Below are positions 30,501-44,421 of a stretch of 64,000 nt of DNA, piece by piece (the stretch's first letter is position 1; each line of letters begins with the position of its first letter). The position numbers and the translations under genes were made by a program. A model generated the notes under the pieces. The model was not told the DNA's origin. It did not search any database and was given only the letters and a program-made list of their open reading frames with translations. The DNA comes from Balanoglossus misakiensis. Its lineage: Eukaryota; Animalia; Hemichordata. Location of the stretch: positions 11,172,894 through 11,236,893 of the forward strand of contig CM082589.2 in assembly GCA_040954595.2 (NCBI GenBank), read 5' to 3'.

Positions 30501-33500
30501 CAAAATCTCAAAATTTCGTCGATTTTTGAAAAAAAATCATGGGTGAAAATCATGAAAAAATGACAAATTTTCGACTTTGCAAAATCTCAAAATTTCGTCG
30601 ATTTTTGAAAAAAAATCATGGTGAAAATCATCAAAAAATGACAAAATTTTCGACTTTGTAAAATCACAAAATTTCGTCGATTTTGAAAAAAATCATAGGT
30701 TCGTCGATTTTTAAAAAAAAAACATTGGTGAAAATCATCAAAATATGACAAATTTTCGACTTTGCAAAATCTCAAAATTTCGTCGATTTTTGAAAAAATC
30801 ATTGGTGAAAATCATCAAAAAATGACAAATTTTCGACTTTGCAAAATCTCAAAATTTCGTCCATTTAAAAAAAAAAACATGGGGCAAAATCATCAAAAAA
30901 TGACAAATTTTCGACTTTGCAAAATCTCAAAATTTCGTCGATTTTTGAAAAAAAATCATGGTGAAAATCATCAAAAAATGACAAAATTTTCGACTTTGTA
31001 AAATCACAAAATTTCGTCGATTTTGAAAAAAATCATAGGTTCGTCGATTTTTAAAAAAAAAACATTGGTGAAAATCATCAAAATATGACAAATTTTCGAC
31101 TTTGCAAAATCTCAAAATTTCGTCGATTTTTGAAAAAATCATTGGTGAAAATCATCAAAAAATGACAAATTTTCGACTTTGCAAAATCTCAAAATTTCGT
31201 CCATTTTAAAAAAAAAACATGGGGCAAAATCATCAAAAAATGACAAATTTTCGACTTTGCAAAATCTCAAAATTTCGTCGATTTTTGAAAAAAAAATCAT
31301 GGGTGAAAATCATCAAAAAATGACAAATTTTCGTCTTTGCAAAATCTCAAAATTTCGTCCATTTTTGAATAAAAATCATGGGTAAAAATCATCAAAAATG
31401 ACAAATTTTCGTCTTTGCAAAATCTCAAATTTTCGTCGATTTTTGAAAAAAAATCATGGTTGAAAATCATCAAAAAATGACAAAATTTTCGACTTTGTAA
31501 AATCACAAAATTTCGTCGATTTTGAAAAAAATCATAGGTTCGTCGATTTTTAAAAAAAAAACATGGGTGAAAATCATCAAAAAATGACAAATTTTCGACT
31601 TTGAAAAATCTAAAAATTTCGTCGATTTTTGAAAAAAAATCATGGGTAAAAATCTTCAAAAAATGACAAATTTTCGTCTTTGCAAAATCTTAAAATTTCG
31701 TCGATTTTTGAAAAAAATCATGGGTGAAAATCATCAAAAAATGACAAATTTTCGACTTTGCAAAATCTCAAAATTTCGTCAATTTTTGAAAAAATCATGG
31801 GTAAAAATCATCAAAAAATGACAAATTTTCGTCTTTGCTAAATCTCAAAATTTCGTCGGTTTTTGAAAAATAATATGGGTGAAAATCATCAAAAAATGAC
31901 AAATTTTCGACTTTGCAAAATCTCAAAATTTCGTCGATTTTTGAATAAAAATCATGGGTGAAAATCATCAAAAAATGACACATTTTCGACTTTGCAAAAT
32001 CTCAACATTTCGTCGATTTTTGAAAAAAAATCATGGTGAAAATCATCAAAAAATGACAAAATTTTCGACTTTGTAAAATCACAAAATTTCGTCGATTTTG
32101 AAAAAAATCATAGGTTCGTCGATTTTTTAAAAAAAAACATTGGTGAAAATCATCAAAATATGACAAATTTTCGACTTTGCAAAATCTCAAAATTTCGTCG
32201 ATTTTTGAAAAAATCATGGGTGAAAATCATCAAAAAATGACAAATTTTCAACTTTGCAAAATCTCAAAATTTCGTCGATTTTTGAAAAAAAATCATGGTG
32301 AAAATCATCAAAAAATGACAAAATTTTCGACTTTGTAAAATCACAAAATTTCGTCGATTTTGAAAAAAATCATAGGTTCGTCGATTTAAAAAAAAAAAAC
32401 ATTGGTGAAAATCATCAAAAAATGACAAATTTTCGTCTTTGCAAAATCTCAAAATTTCGTCCATTTTTGAAAAAAAATCATGGGTAAAAATCATCAAAAA
32501 ATGACAAATTTTCGTTTTTGCAAAATCTCAAAATTTCGTCCATTTAAAAAAAAAAACATGGGGGAAAATCATCAAAAAATGACAAATTTTCGACTTTGCA
32601 AAATCTCAAAATTTCGTCCATTTTTGAAAAAAAATCATGGGTAAAAATCATCAAAAAATGACAAATTTTCGTCTTTGCAAAATCTCAAAATTTCGTCCAT
32701 TTAAAAAAAAAACATGGGGGAAAATCATCAAAAAATGACAAATTTTCGACTTTGCAAAATCTCAAAATTTCGTCGATTTTGAAAAAAACCATTGGGGGAA
32801 AATCATCAAAAAATGACAAATTATCGACTTTGCAAAATCTCACAATTTCGTCGATTTTTGAAAAAAATCATGGGTGAAAATCATCAAAAAATTACAAATT
32901 TTCGACTTTGCAAAATCTCAAAATTTCGTCGATTTTTGTAAAAAATCATGGGTGAAAATCATCAAAAAATGACAAATTTTCGACTTTGCAAAATCTCAAA
33001 ATTTAGTCGATTTTTGAAAAAAAATCATAGGTGAAAATCATCAAAAAATGACAAATTTTCGACTTTGCAAAATTTCAAAATTTCGTCAATTTTTGAAAAA
33101 AATCAGGGGTAAAAATCATCAAAAAATGACAAATTTTCGTCTTTGCTAAATCTCAAAATTTCGTCGGTTTTTGAAAAATAATATTGGTGAAAATCATCAA
33201 AAAATGACAAATTTTCGACTTTGCAAAATCTCAAAATTTCGTCGATTTTTGAAAAAAAATCATGGGTGAAAATCATCAAAAAATGACAAATTTTCGTCTT
33301 TGCAAAATCTCAAAATTTCGTCCATTTTTGAATAAAAATCATGGGTAAAAATCATCAAAAATGACAAATTTTCGTCTTTGCAAAATCTCAAATTTTCGTC
33401 GATTTTTGAAAAAAAATCATGGTTGAAAATCATCAAAAAATGACAAAATTTTCGACTTTGTAAAATCAAAAAATTTCGTCGATTTTGAAAAAAATCATAG

Positions 33501-36500
33501 GTTCGTCGATTTTTAAAAAAAAAACATGGGTGAAAATCATCAAAAAATGACACATTTTCGATTATGCAAAATCTCAAAATTTCGTCGATTTTTGAAAAAA
33601 AATCATGGGTGAAAATTATCAAAAAATGACACATTTTCGATTATGCAAAATCTCAAAATTTCGTCGATTTTTGAATAAAAATCATGGGTGAAAATCATCA
33701 AAAAATGACAAATTTTCGACTTTGCAAAATCTCAAAATTTCGTCGATTTTTGAAAAAAAATCATGGTGAAAATCATCAAAAAATGACAAATTTTCGACTT
33801 TGCAAAATCTCAAAATTTCGTCGATTTTTGAAAAAAAATCATGGTGAAAATCATCAAAAAATGACAAATTTTCGTCTTTGCAAAATCTCAAAATTTCGTC
33901 CATTTTTGAAAAAAAATAATGGTTGAAAATCATCAAAAAATGACAAATTTTTGACTTTGCAAAATCTCAAAATTTCGTTCATTTTTAAAAAAAATCATGG
34001 GTGAAAATCATCAAAAAATGACAAATTTTCGATTATGCAAAATCTCAAAATTTCGTCGATTTTGAAAAAAATCATGGGTTCGCCGATTTTTAAAAAAAAA
34101 CATTGGTGAAAATCATCAAAATATGACAAATTTTCGACTTTGCAAAATCTCAAAATTTCGTTCATTTTTAAAAAAAATCATGGGTGAAAATCATCAAAAA
34201 ATGACAAATTTTCGACTTTGCAAAATCTCAAAATTTCGTCGATTTTTGAAAAAAAATCATGGTGAAAATCATCAAAAAATGACAAAATTTTCGACTTTGT
34301 AAAATCACAAAATTTCGTCGATTTTGAAAAAAATCATAGGTTCGTCGATTTTTAAAAAAAAAACATTGGTGAAAATCATCAAAATATGACAAATTTTCGA
34401 CTTTGCAAAATCTCAAAATTTCGTCGATTTTTGAAAAAATCATTGGTGAAAATCATCAAAAAATGACAAATTTTCGACTTTGCAAAATCTCAAAATTTCG
34501 TCCATTTAAAAAAAAAAACATGGGGCAAAATCATCAAAAAATGACAAATTTTCGACTTTGCAAAATCTCAAAATTTCGTCGATTTTTGAAAAAAAATCAT
34601 GGTGAAAATCATCAAAAAATGACAAAATTTTCGACTTTGTAAAATCACAAAATTTCGTCGATTTTGAAAAAAATCATAGGTTCGTCGATTTTTAAAAAAA
34701 AAACATTGGTGAAAATCATCAAAATATGACAAATTTTCGACTTTGCAAAATCTCAAAATTTCGTCGATTTTTGAAAAAATCATTGGTGAAAATCATCAAA
34801 AAATGACAAATTTTCGACTTTGCAAAATCTCAAAATTTCGTCCATTTTAAAAAAAAAACATGGGGCAAAATCATCAAAAAATGACAAATTTTCGACTTTG
34901 CAAAATCTCAAAATTTCGTCGATTTTTGAAAAAAAAATCATGGGTGAAAATCATCAAAAAATGACAAATTTTCGTCTTTGCAAAATCTCAAAATTTCGTC
35001 CATTTTTGAATAAAAATCATGGGTAAAAATCATCAAAAATGACAAATTTTCGTCTTTGCAAAATCTCAAATTTTCGTCGATTTTTGAAAAAAAATCATGG
35101 TTGAAAATCATCAAAAAATGACAAAATTTTCGACTTTGTAAAATCACAAAATTTCGTCGATTTTGAAAAAAATCATAGGTTCGTCGATTTTTAAAAAAAA
35201 AACATGGGTGAAAATCATCAAAAAATGACAAATTTTCGACTTTGAAAAATCTAAAAATTTCGTCGATTTTTGAAAAAAAATCATGGGTAAAAATCTTCAA
35301 AAAATGACAAATTTTCGTCTTTGCAAAATCTTAAAATTTCGTCGATTTTTGAAAAAAATCATGGGTGAAAATCATCAAAAAATGACAAATTTTCGACTTT
35401 GCAAAATCTCAAAATTTCGTCAATTTTTGAAAAAATCATGGGTAAAAATCATCAAAAAATGACAAATTTTCGTCTTTGCTAAATCTCAAAATTTCGTCGG
35501 TTTTTGAAAAATAATATGGGTGAAAATCATCAAAAAATGACAAATTTTCGACTTTGCAAAATCTCAAAATTTCGTCGATTTTTGAATAAAAATCATGGGT
35601 GAAAATCATCAAAAAATGACACATTTTCGACTTTGCAAAATCTCAACATTTCGTCGATTTTTGAAAAAAAATCATGGTGAAAATCATCAAAAAATGACAA
35701 AATTTTCGACTTTGTAAAATCACAAAATTTCGTCGATTTTGAAAAAAATCATAGGTTCGTCGATTTTTAAAAAAAAAACATTGGTGAAAATCATCAAAAT
35801 ATGACAAATTTTCGACTTTGCAAAATCTCAAAATTTCGTCGATTTTTGAAAAAATCATGGGTGAAAATCATCAAAAAATGACAAATTTTCAACTTTGCAA
35901 AATCTCAAAATTTCGTCGATTTTTGAAAAAAAATCATGGTGAAAATCATCAAAAAATGACAAAATTTTCGACTTTGTAAAATCACAAAATTTCGTCGATT
36001 TTGAAAAAAATCATAGGTTCGTCGATTTAAAAAAAAAAAACATTGGTGAAAATCATCAAAAAATGACAAATTTTCGTCTTTGCAAAATCTCAAAATTTCG
36101 TCCATTTTTGAAAAAAAATCATGGGTAAAAATCATCAAAAAATGACAAATTTTCGTTTTTGCAAAATCTCAAAATTTCGTCCATTTTAAAAAAAAAACGG
36201 GGGAAAATCATCAAAAAATGACAAATTTTCGACTTTGCAAAATCTCAAAATTTCGTCCATTTTTGAAAAAAAATCATGGGTAAAAATCATCAAAAAATGA
36301 CAAATTTTCGTCTTTGCAAAATCTCAAAATTTCGTCCATTTAAAAAAAAAACATGGGGGAAAATCATCAAAAAATGACAAATTTTCGACTTTGCAAAATC
36401 TCAAAATTTCGTCGATTTTGAAAAAAACCATTGGGGGAAAATCATCAAAAAATGACAAATTATCGACTTTGCAAAATCTCACAATTTCGTCGATTTTTGA

Positions 36501-39500
36501 AAAAAATCATGGGTGAAAATCATCAAAAAATTACAAATTTTCGACTTTGCAAAATCTCAAAATTTCGTCGATTTTTGTAAAAAATCATGGGTGAAAATCA
36601 TCAAAAAATGACAAATTTTCGACTTTGCAAAATCTCAAAATTTAGTCGATTTTTGAAAAAAAATCATAGGTGAAAATCATCAAAAAATGACAAATTTTCG
36701 ACTTTGCAAAATTTCAAAATTTCGTCAATTTTTGAAAAAAATCAGGGGTAAAAATCATCAAAAAATGACAAATTTTCGTCTTTGCTAAATCTCAAAATTT
36801 CGTCGGTTTTTGAAAAATAATATTGGTGAAAATCATCAAAAAATGACAAATTTTCGACTTTGCAAAATCTCAAAATTTCGTCGATTTTTGAAAAAAAATC
36901 ATGGGTGAAAATCATCAAAAAATGACAAATTTTCGTCTTTGCAAAATCTCAAAATTTCGTCCATTTTTGAAAAAAATCAGGGGTAAAAATCATCAAAAAA
37001 TGACAAATTTTCGTCTTTGCTAAATCTCAAAATTTCGTCGGTTTTTGAAAAATAATATTGGTGAAAATCATCAAAAAATGACAAATTTTCGACTTTGCAA
37101 AATTTCAAAATTTCGTCAATTTTTGAAAAAAATCAGGGGTAAAAATCATCAAAAAATGACAAATTTTCGTCTTTGCTAAATCTCAAAATTTCGTCGGTTT
37201 TTGAAAAATAATATTGGTGAAAATCATCAAAAAATGACAAATTTTCGACTTTGCAAAATCTCAAAATTTCGTCGATTTTTGAAAAAAAATCATGGGTGAA
37301 AATCATCAAAAAATGACAAATTTTCGTCTTTGCAAAATCTCAAAATTTCGTCCATTTTTGAATAAAAATCATGGGTAAAAATCATCAAAAATGACAAATT
37401 TTCGTCTTTGCAAAATCTCAAATTTTCGTCGATTTTTGAAAAAAAATCATGGTTGAAAATCATCAAAAAATGACAAAATTTTCGACTTTGTAAAATCAAA
37501 AAATTTCGTCGATTTTGAAAAAAATCATAGGTTCGTCGATTTTTAAAAAAAAAACATGGGTGAAAATCATCAAAAAATGACACATTTTCGATTATGCAAA
37601 ATCTCAAAATTTCGTCGATTTTTGAAAAAAAATCATGGGTGAAAATTATCAAAAAATGACACATTTTCGATTATGCAAAATCTCAAAATTTCGTCGATTT
37701 TTGAATAAAAATCATGGGTGAAAATCATCAAAAAATGACAAATTTTCGACTTTGCAAAATCTCAAAATTTCGTCGATTTTTGAAAAAAAATCATGGTGAA
37801 AATCATCAAAAAATGACAAATTTTCGACTTTGCAAAATCTCAAAATTTCGTCGATTTTTGAAAAAAAATCATGGTGAAAATCATCAAAAAATGACAAATT
37901 TTCGTCTTTGCAAAATCTCAAAATTTCGTCCATTTTTGAAAAAAAATAATGGTTGAAAATCATCAAAAAATGACAAATTTTTGACTTTGCAAAATCTCAA
38001 AATTTCGTTCATTTTTAAAAAAAATCATGGGTGAAAATCATCAAAAAATGACAAATTTTCGATTATGCAAAATCTCAAAATTTCGTCGATTTTGAAAAAA
38101 ATCATGGGTTCGCCGATTTTTAAAAAAAAACATTGGTGAAAATCATCAAAATATGACAAATTTTCGACTTTGCAAAATCTCAAAATTTCGTTCATTTTTA
38201 AAAAAAATCATGGGTGAAAATCATCAAAAAATGACAAATTTTCGATTATGCAAAATCTCAAAATTTCGTCGATTTTGAAAAAAATCATGGGTTCGCCGAT
38301 TTTTAAAAAAAAACTGGTGAAAATCATCAAAATATGACAAATTTTCGACTTTGCAAAATCTCAAAATTTCGTTCATTTTTAAAAAAAATCATGGGTGAAA
38401 ATCATCAAAAAATGACAAATTTTCGATTATGCAAAATCTCAAAATTTCGTCGATTTTTGAAAAAAAATCATGGGTGAAAATCATGAAAAAATGACACATT
38501 TTCGACTTTGAAAAATCTAAAAATTTCGTCGATTTTTGAAAAAAAATCATGGGTAAAAATCATCAAAAAATGACAAATTTTCGTCTTTGCAAAATCTTAA
38601 AATTTCGTCGATTTTTGAAAAAAATCATGGGTGAAAATCATCAAAAAATGACAAATTTTCGACTTTGCAAAATCTCAAAATTTCGTCAATTTTTGAAAAA
38701 ATCATGGGTAAAAATCATCAAAAAATGACAAATTTTCGTCTTTGCTAAATCTCAAAATTTCGTCGGTTTTTGAAAAATAATATGGGTGAAAATCATCAAA
38801 AAATGACAAATTTTCGACTTTGCAAAATCTCAAAATTTCGTCGATTTTTGAATAAAAATCATGGGTGAAAATCATCAAAAAATGACAAATTTTCGTCTTT
38901 GCAAAATCTCAAAATTTCGTCCATTTTTGAAAAAAAATCATGGGTAAAAATCATCAAAAAATGACAAATTTTCGTTTTTGCAAAATCTCAAAATTTCGTC
39001 CATTTAAAAAAAAAAACATGGGTGAAAATCATCAAAAAATGACAAATTTTCGACTTTGCAAAATCTTAAAATTTCGTCCATTTTTGAAAAAAAATCATGG
39101 GTAAAAATCATCAAAAAATGACAAATTTTCGTCTTTGCAAAATCTCAAAATTTCGTCCATTTAAAAAAAAACGGGGGAAAATCATCAAAAAATGACAAAT
39201 TTTCGATTATGCAAAATCTCAAAATTTCGTCGATTTTTGAATAAAAATCATGGGTGAAAATCATCAAAAAATGACAAATTTTCGACTTTGCAAAATCTCA
39301 AAATTTAGTCGATTTTTGAAAAAAAATCATAGGTGAAAATCATCAAAAAATGACAAATATTCGACTTTGCAAAATCTCAAAATTTCGTCAATTTTTGAAA
39401 AAAATCAGGGGTAAAAATCATCAAAAAATGACAAATTTTCGTCTTTGCTAAATCTCAAAATTTCGTCGGTTTTTGAAAAATAATATTGGTGAAAATCATC

Positions 39501-42072
39501 AAAAAATGACAAATTTTCGACTTTGCAAAATCTCAAAATTTCGTCCATTTTTGAAAAAAAATCATGGTGAAAATCATCAAAAAATGACAAATTTTCGACT
39601 TTGCAAAATCTCAAAATTTCGTCGATTTTGAAAAAAATCATGGGTTCGTCGATTTTTAAAAAAAAACATTGGTGAAAATCATCAAAATATGACAAATTTT
39701 CGACTTTGCAAAATCTCAAAATTTCGTCGATTTTTGAAAAATTCATGGGTGAAAATCATCAAAAAATGACAAATTTTCAACTTTGCAAAATCTCAAAATT
39801 TCGTCGATTTTTGAAAAAAAATCATGGTGAAAATCATCAAAAAATGACAAAATGTTCGACTTTGTAAAATCACAAAATTTCGTCGATTTTGAAAAAAATC
39901 ATAGGTTCGTCGATTTTTAAAAAAAAAACATGGTTGAAAATCATCAAAAAATGACAAATTTTCGTCTTTGCAAAATCTCAAAATTTCGTCCATTTAAAAA
40001 AAAAAACATGGGGCAAAATCATCAAAAAATGACAAATTTTCGACTTTGCAAAATCTCAAAATTTCGTCGATTTTTGAAAAAAAAATCATGGGTGAAAATC
40101 ATCAAAAAATGACAAATTTTCGTCTTTGCAAAATCTCAAAATTTCGTCCATTTTTGAATAAAAATCATGGGTAAAAATCATCAAAAATGACAAATTTTCG
40201 TCTTTGCAAAATCTCAAATTTTCGTCGATTTTTGAAAAAAAATCATGGTTGAAAATCATCAAAAAATGACAAAATTTTCGACTTTGTAAAATCACAAAAT
40301 TTCGTCGATTTTGAAAAAAATCATAGGTTCGTCGATTTTAAAAAAAAAAACATGGGTGAAAATCATCAAAAAATGACAAATTTTCGACTTTGCAAAATCT
40401 CAAAATTTCGTCGATTTTTGAAAAAAAATCATGGGTAAAAATCATCAAAAAATGACACATTTTCGATTATGCAAAATCTCAAAATTTCGTCGATTTTTGA
40501 AAAAAAATCATGGGTGAAAATCATGAAAAAATGACACATTTTCGACTTTGAAAAATCTAAAAATTTCGTCGATTTTTGAAAAAAAATCATGGGTAAAAAT
40601 CATCAAAAAATGACAAATTTTCGTCTTTGCAAAATCTTAAAATTTCGTCGATTTTTGAAAAAAATCATGGGTGAAAATCATCAAAAAATGACAAATTTTC
40701 GACTTTGCAAAATCTCAAAATTTCGTCAATTTTTGAAAAAATCATGGGTAAAAATCATCAAAAAATGACAAATTTTCGTCTTTGCTAAATCTCAAAATTT
40801 CGTCGGTTTTTGAAAAATAATATGGGTGAAAATCATCAAAAAATGACAAATTTTCGACTTTGCAAAATCTCAAAATTTCGTCGATTTTTGAATAAAAATC
40901 ATGGGTGAAAATCATCAAAAAATGACACATTTTCGACTTTGCAAAATCTCAACATTTCGTCGATTTTTGAAAAAAAAATCATGGTGAAAATCATCAAAAA
41001 ATGACAAATTTTCGTCTTTGCAAAATCTCAAAATTTCGTCCATTTAAAAAAAAAACATGGGTGAAAATCATCAAAAAATGACAAATTTTCGACTTTGCAA
41101 AATCTTAAAATTTCGTCCATTTTTGAAAAAAAATCATGGGTAAAAATCATCAAAAAATGACAAATTTTCGTCTTTGCAAAATCTCAAAATTTCGTCCATT
41201 TAAAAAAAAAACATGGGGGAAAATCATCAAAAAATGACAAATTTTCGATTATGCAAAATCTCAAAATTTCGTCGATTTTTGAATAAAAATCATGGGTGAA
41301 AATCATCAAAAAATGACAAATTTTCGACTTTGCAAAATCTCAAAATTTCGTCGATTTTTGAAAAAAAATCATGGTAAAAATCATCAAAAAATGACAAATT
41401 TTCGACTTTGCAAAATCTCAAAATTTAGTCGATTTTTGAAAAAAAATCATAGGTGAAAATCATCAAAAAATGACAAATTTTCGACTTTGCAAAATCTCAA
41501 AATTTCGTCAATTTTTGAAAAAAATCAGGGGTAAAAATCATCAAAAAATGACAAATTTTCGTCTTTGCTAAATCTCAAAATTTCGTCGGTTTTTGAAAAA
41601 TAATATTGGTGAAAATCATCAAAAAATGACAAATTTTCGACTTTGCAAAATCTCAAAATTTCGTCCATTTTTGAAAAAAAATCATGGTGAAAATCATCAA
41701 AAAATGACAAATTTTCGACTTTGCAAAATCTCAAAATTTCGTCGATTTTTGAAAAAGAAAAATGGTGAAAATCATCAAAAAATGACAAATTTTCGACTTT
41801 GCAAAATCTCAAAATTTCGTCGATTTTTGAAAAAAAATCATGGTGAAAATCATCAAAAAATGACAAATTTTCGACTTTGCAAAATCTCAAAATTTAGTCG
41901 ATTTTTGAAAAAAAACCATGGGTGAAAATCATCAAAAAATGACAAATTTTCGACTTTGCAAAATCTCAAAATTTCGTCGATTTTTGAAAAAAAATCATGG
42001 TGAAAATCATCAAAAAATGACAAATTTTCGACTTTGTATTTGACCAAAATCACCCCAAAAATATACTTCAAA

Positions 42073-44421
42073 CCAGATATTAACTGAATATGCTCACGTG
42101 CAGTACTGTGATTGGTTGACAGAATAACAAGATTAGAAAAACCAGTGTTAAACCAATTTGGTTTATAGTGTATATGGTGTAAGGGTTGTGTGTTGCACCA
42201 TTGTGAAATGTAAACATGTTTGTGGAATTGTTGCCTTGTCAATTTTTGTAAGGGGTTATGAGTCATGTACCCCATCCTGAACTGCATAAAAAGATAAGTC
42301 TATGGAATTCTAAAACTCGTTGATCAAAAATGGCAAGAAATATACCAAAAAGTATGAATATTTCACCAGATTTCAACAAATCTGATTTCTGTTCATGCCT
42401 AAGAACCTCTTTAACAAGTTTCAATAAGGAAGACATTTTGGCAAACAACAGGTAATTCAGACAAATCTGACTGATATCACATATATGAATTCCCATTCAA
42501 AATTTCCAATCAATTGGACTTGTGGTTTTACTGAAGACTATTTGGCCAAACCCTGCAGAATTCCCAAAAAATACAATTATGCAAATTTCTTTACAATTTG
42601 ATCATATCTGACTGAGATCACCCCTAGAAACCCAAATACAAAGTATCAAAACAATTGCACTTACAGTTTCACGGGATTTGATTTTTTGACAAAAACAGGA
42701 AATATTGCCCAAAAATGCATTTTTGCAAATTTCACCACCGTTTGCACAAATGTGATTCAGGTAAGCCCTATGAACCTCCATACCAAGTTTCCAATCAATT
42801 GGACATGTAATTTCAGAGAAGAATTTTTTTTAACAAAACTGCAGAAAATTCCCCCAAAAATTCATAAAAAATAGCAAACGCCAGATACTGACTCCACCTG
42901 AACAAAATCATACGAGGTCTTCCCATAGTACTTGCACACCAATGCACGCCAATTTTTAACTGAATCTGATCCGCTGTTATTAAGTTTTTCAATTTTGACT
43001 ACTTGAACATTTTTCCAGTTAATACCAGTATGCATTTTTTCGCAATAACAATTTCTATGTACACACTAAATATCAGTAGTTTCAAGTTTTTGATGTTGAT
43101 GGACATACACATACATACATCAATACATTAAGACGAAACTGATCCATTCACAAAATACATAATTCTGTATGAGGCACACATACAGACATACATAGACGAC
43201 GGACACCAACTTATGCTATAAGCTGACATTGATATACATGTTAGCCAAAAACCAAAAATCAACCTCAAAATAGACATTAAAATATATTGCACCACCATGA
43301 GAAGACAAATTCATTTTTCGACAAATTTTCTGGGGCGTCATTGATATAGCATGGCATATTGTCAAAGTACGTAGTCTCTGTGATAAGATTCCATACACAC
43401 AAAATGGTAACCTTGGAAGTCCAGCTGACGTAGTTATGCAATGGCGTCTCGTGTATTCCGTCGCCAAAAAATCATCGTAAAATTGATAGTCGGGGTCACA
43501 ATTCAAGACGACTTTCTCTAAATTCTTTATGAATGGATTAAATCGAAATCGAAATGTTGACGTATGACGTACGGAATGAGATCTGAACAGACATTCAATG
43601 TTATCATTCTCGCTCGATCACATATTGGGTAAGCCATCTAGCAATCGCTATATAGTATTGGCGATAACAGACTGTCTATAAACTCACAAAACGGATTTTA
43701 CTGTTGAGTGTGATCAACCGCCACGTTATTTTTCTCTGAACAATAGACAAATAGAAAGCCTGGTGACATTTTGAGATTGACTGCGTGAGGACCACAATAT
43801 GCGTGAATCATTTACGGTTTGTCTTGATGAATGGGTCACGTCATAGTCATAACGCGGATTCGGCTGCACGCCAACTATCCGCCATATTGTCTCCACTAAC
43901 TTACTCGTAAGTAGTTTCAAACTTCATTTGAAAAGAGTATTCGTCTGACGGTCCTGTAGATTAACAATTTACGCTCTATGAAGCAACTAAACAACGTTAG
44001 CTTCCTTGTGGATTCACGTAGGGAAGTTATTCGTAACGACGGGTACAGCGTCTGAGCATGGACAGAACCACGGCAATATCGCCAGGAATGTCTCATTTCA
44101 CAGCGCCCTCAAACTGTCGATCTCCTCAAACTATCGTTTCCACTGGTCATATATGCGGCATTAACGAAAGCTCACATAGACAATCATGTAATAGAAAAAT
44201 TAAAACTTAAATAACTTCATTAATATCAAAGCCACACGCACCAAAACCTTTTCAGTTCTTGCCATATGATATCTGAACCTGTGTACTAAATTTGGTTGAA
44301 ATCGGTTCAGCGGTTCTTTAGATATCGGGTATACAGACAGACACACACACACATACATACATACACACACACACACACAGACATCGCTAAACCATAAGCT
44401 CACGTGATTTTCACGTGAGCT
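42073..44421 (-). mobile_element. Complete non-autonomous Helentron-associated element (HINE/DINE-1/pearl-like)
   Basis: Minus strand: T-run, 5' hairpin AGCTCACGTG-aaaat-CACGTGAGCT, then a TGTC/TG/TATG microsatellite (44331-44382). The far end has subterminal IR CACGTGAGC, stem-loop atatt-cagtt-aatat and ctgg/tt. The empty T-run site is preserved in the right arm (~63226-63231). Confidence 0.8.
42290..43246 (-). mobile_element. Second, degraded HINE-like element nested in the first
   Basis: Terminal hairpin gctgacat...atgttagc followed by an A-run (43222-43251), adjacent ACAT/ACAG/GACG microsatellites, and degenerate internal repeats (aatcaattggac at ~42508 and ~42793). Left boundary uncertain. 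Confidence 0.55.

Larger units (their letters stand above)
1..42036. repeat. Satellite DNA array, ~78-bp monomer (77-80 bp), head-to-tail
   Basis: Consensus aaatcatgggtgaaaatcatcaaaaaatgacaaattttcgactttgcaaaatctcaaaatttcgtcgatttttgaaaaaa repeats without interruption. The 26-aa periodicity in the ORF track equals 78 bp. The last monomer breaks at ...ttttcgactttg|tatttgacc (42036). Confidence 0.98.

Noticed and set aside
36190-39180. Monomer variants missing 'at' right after long A-runs (e.g. ~36197, ~38313, ~39171) and A-run length variation
   Set aside because: Typical of long-read consensus error next to homopolymers; not treated as biological without read support.
1-42036. CRISPR array or CENP-B box
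   Set aside because: There are no unique spacers, as the whole monomer repeats. TTCG occurs but not with the A..CGGG spacing of the CENP-B box.
195-42287. Numerous repetitive ORFs, including 228 aa at 1940-2626
   Set aside because: They arise because 78 is divisible by 3 and the monomer is stop-poor. Frames break at every homopolymer-length change.
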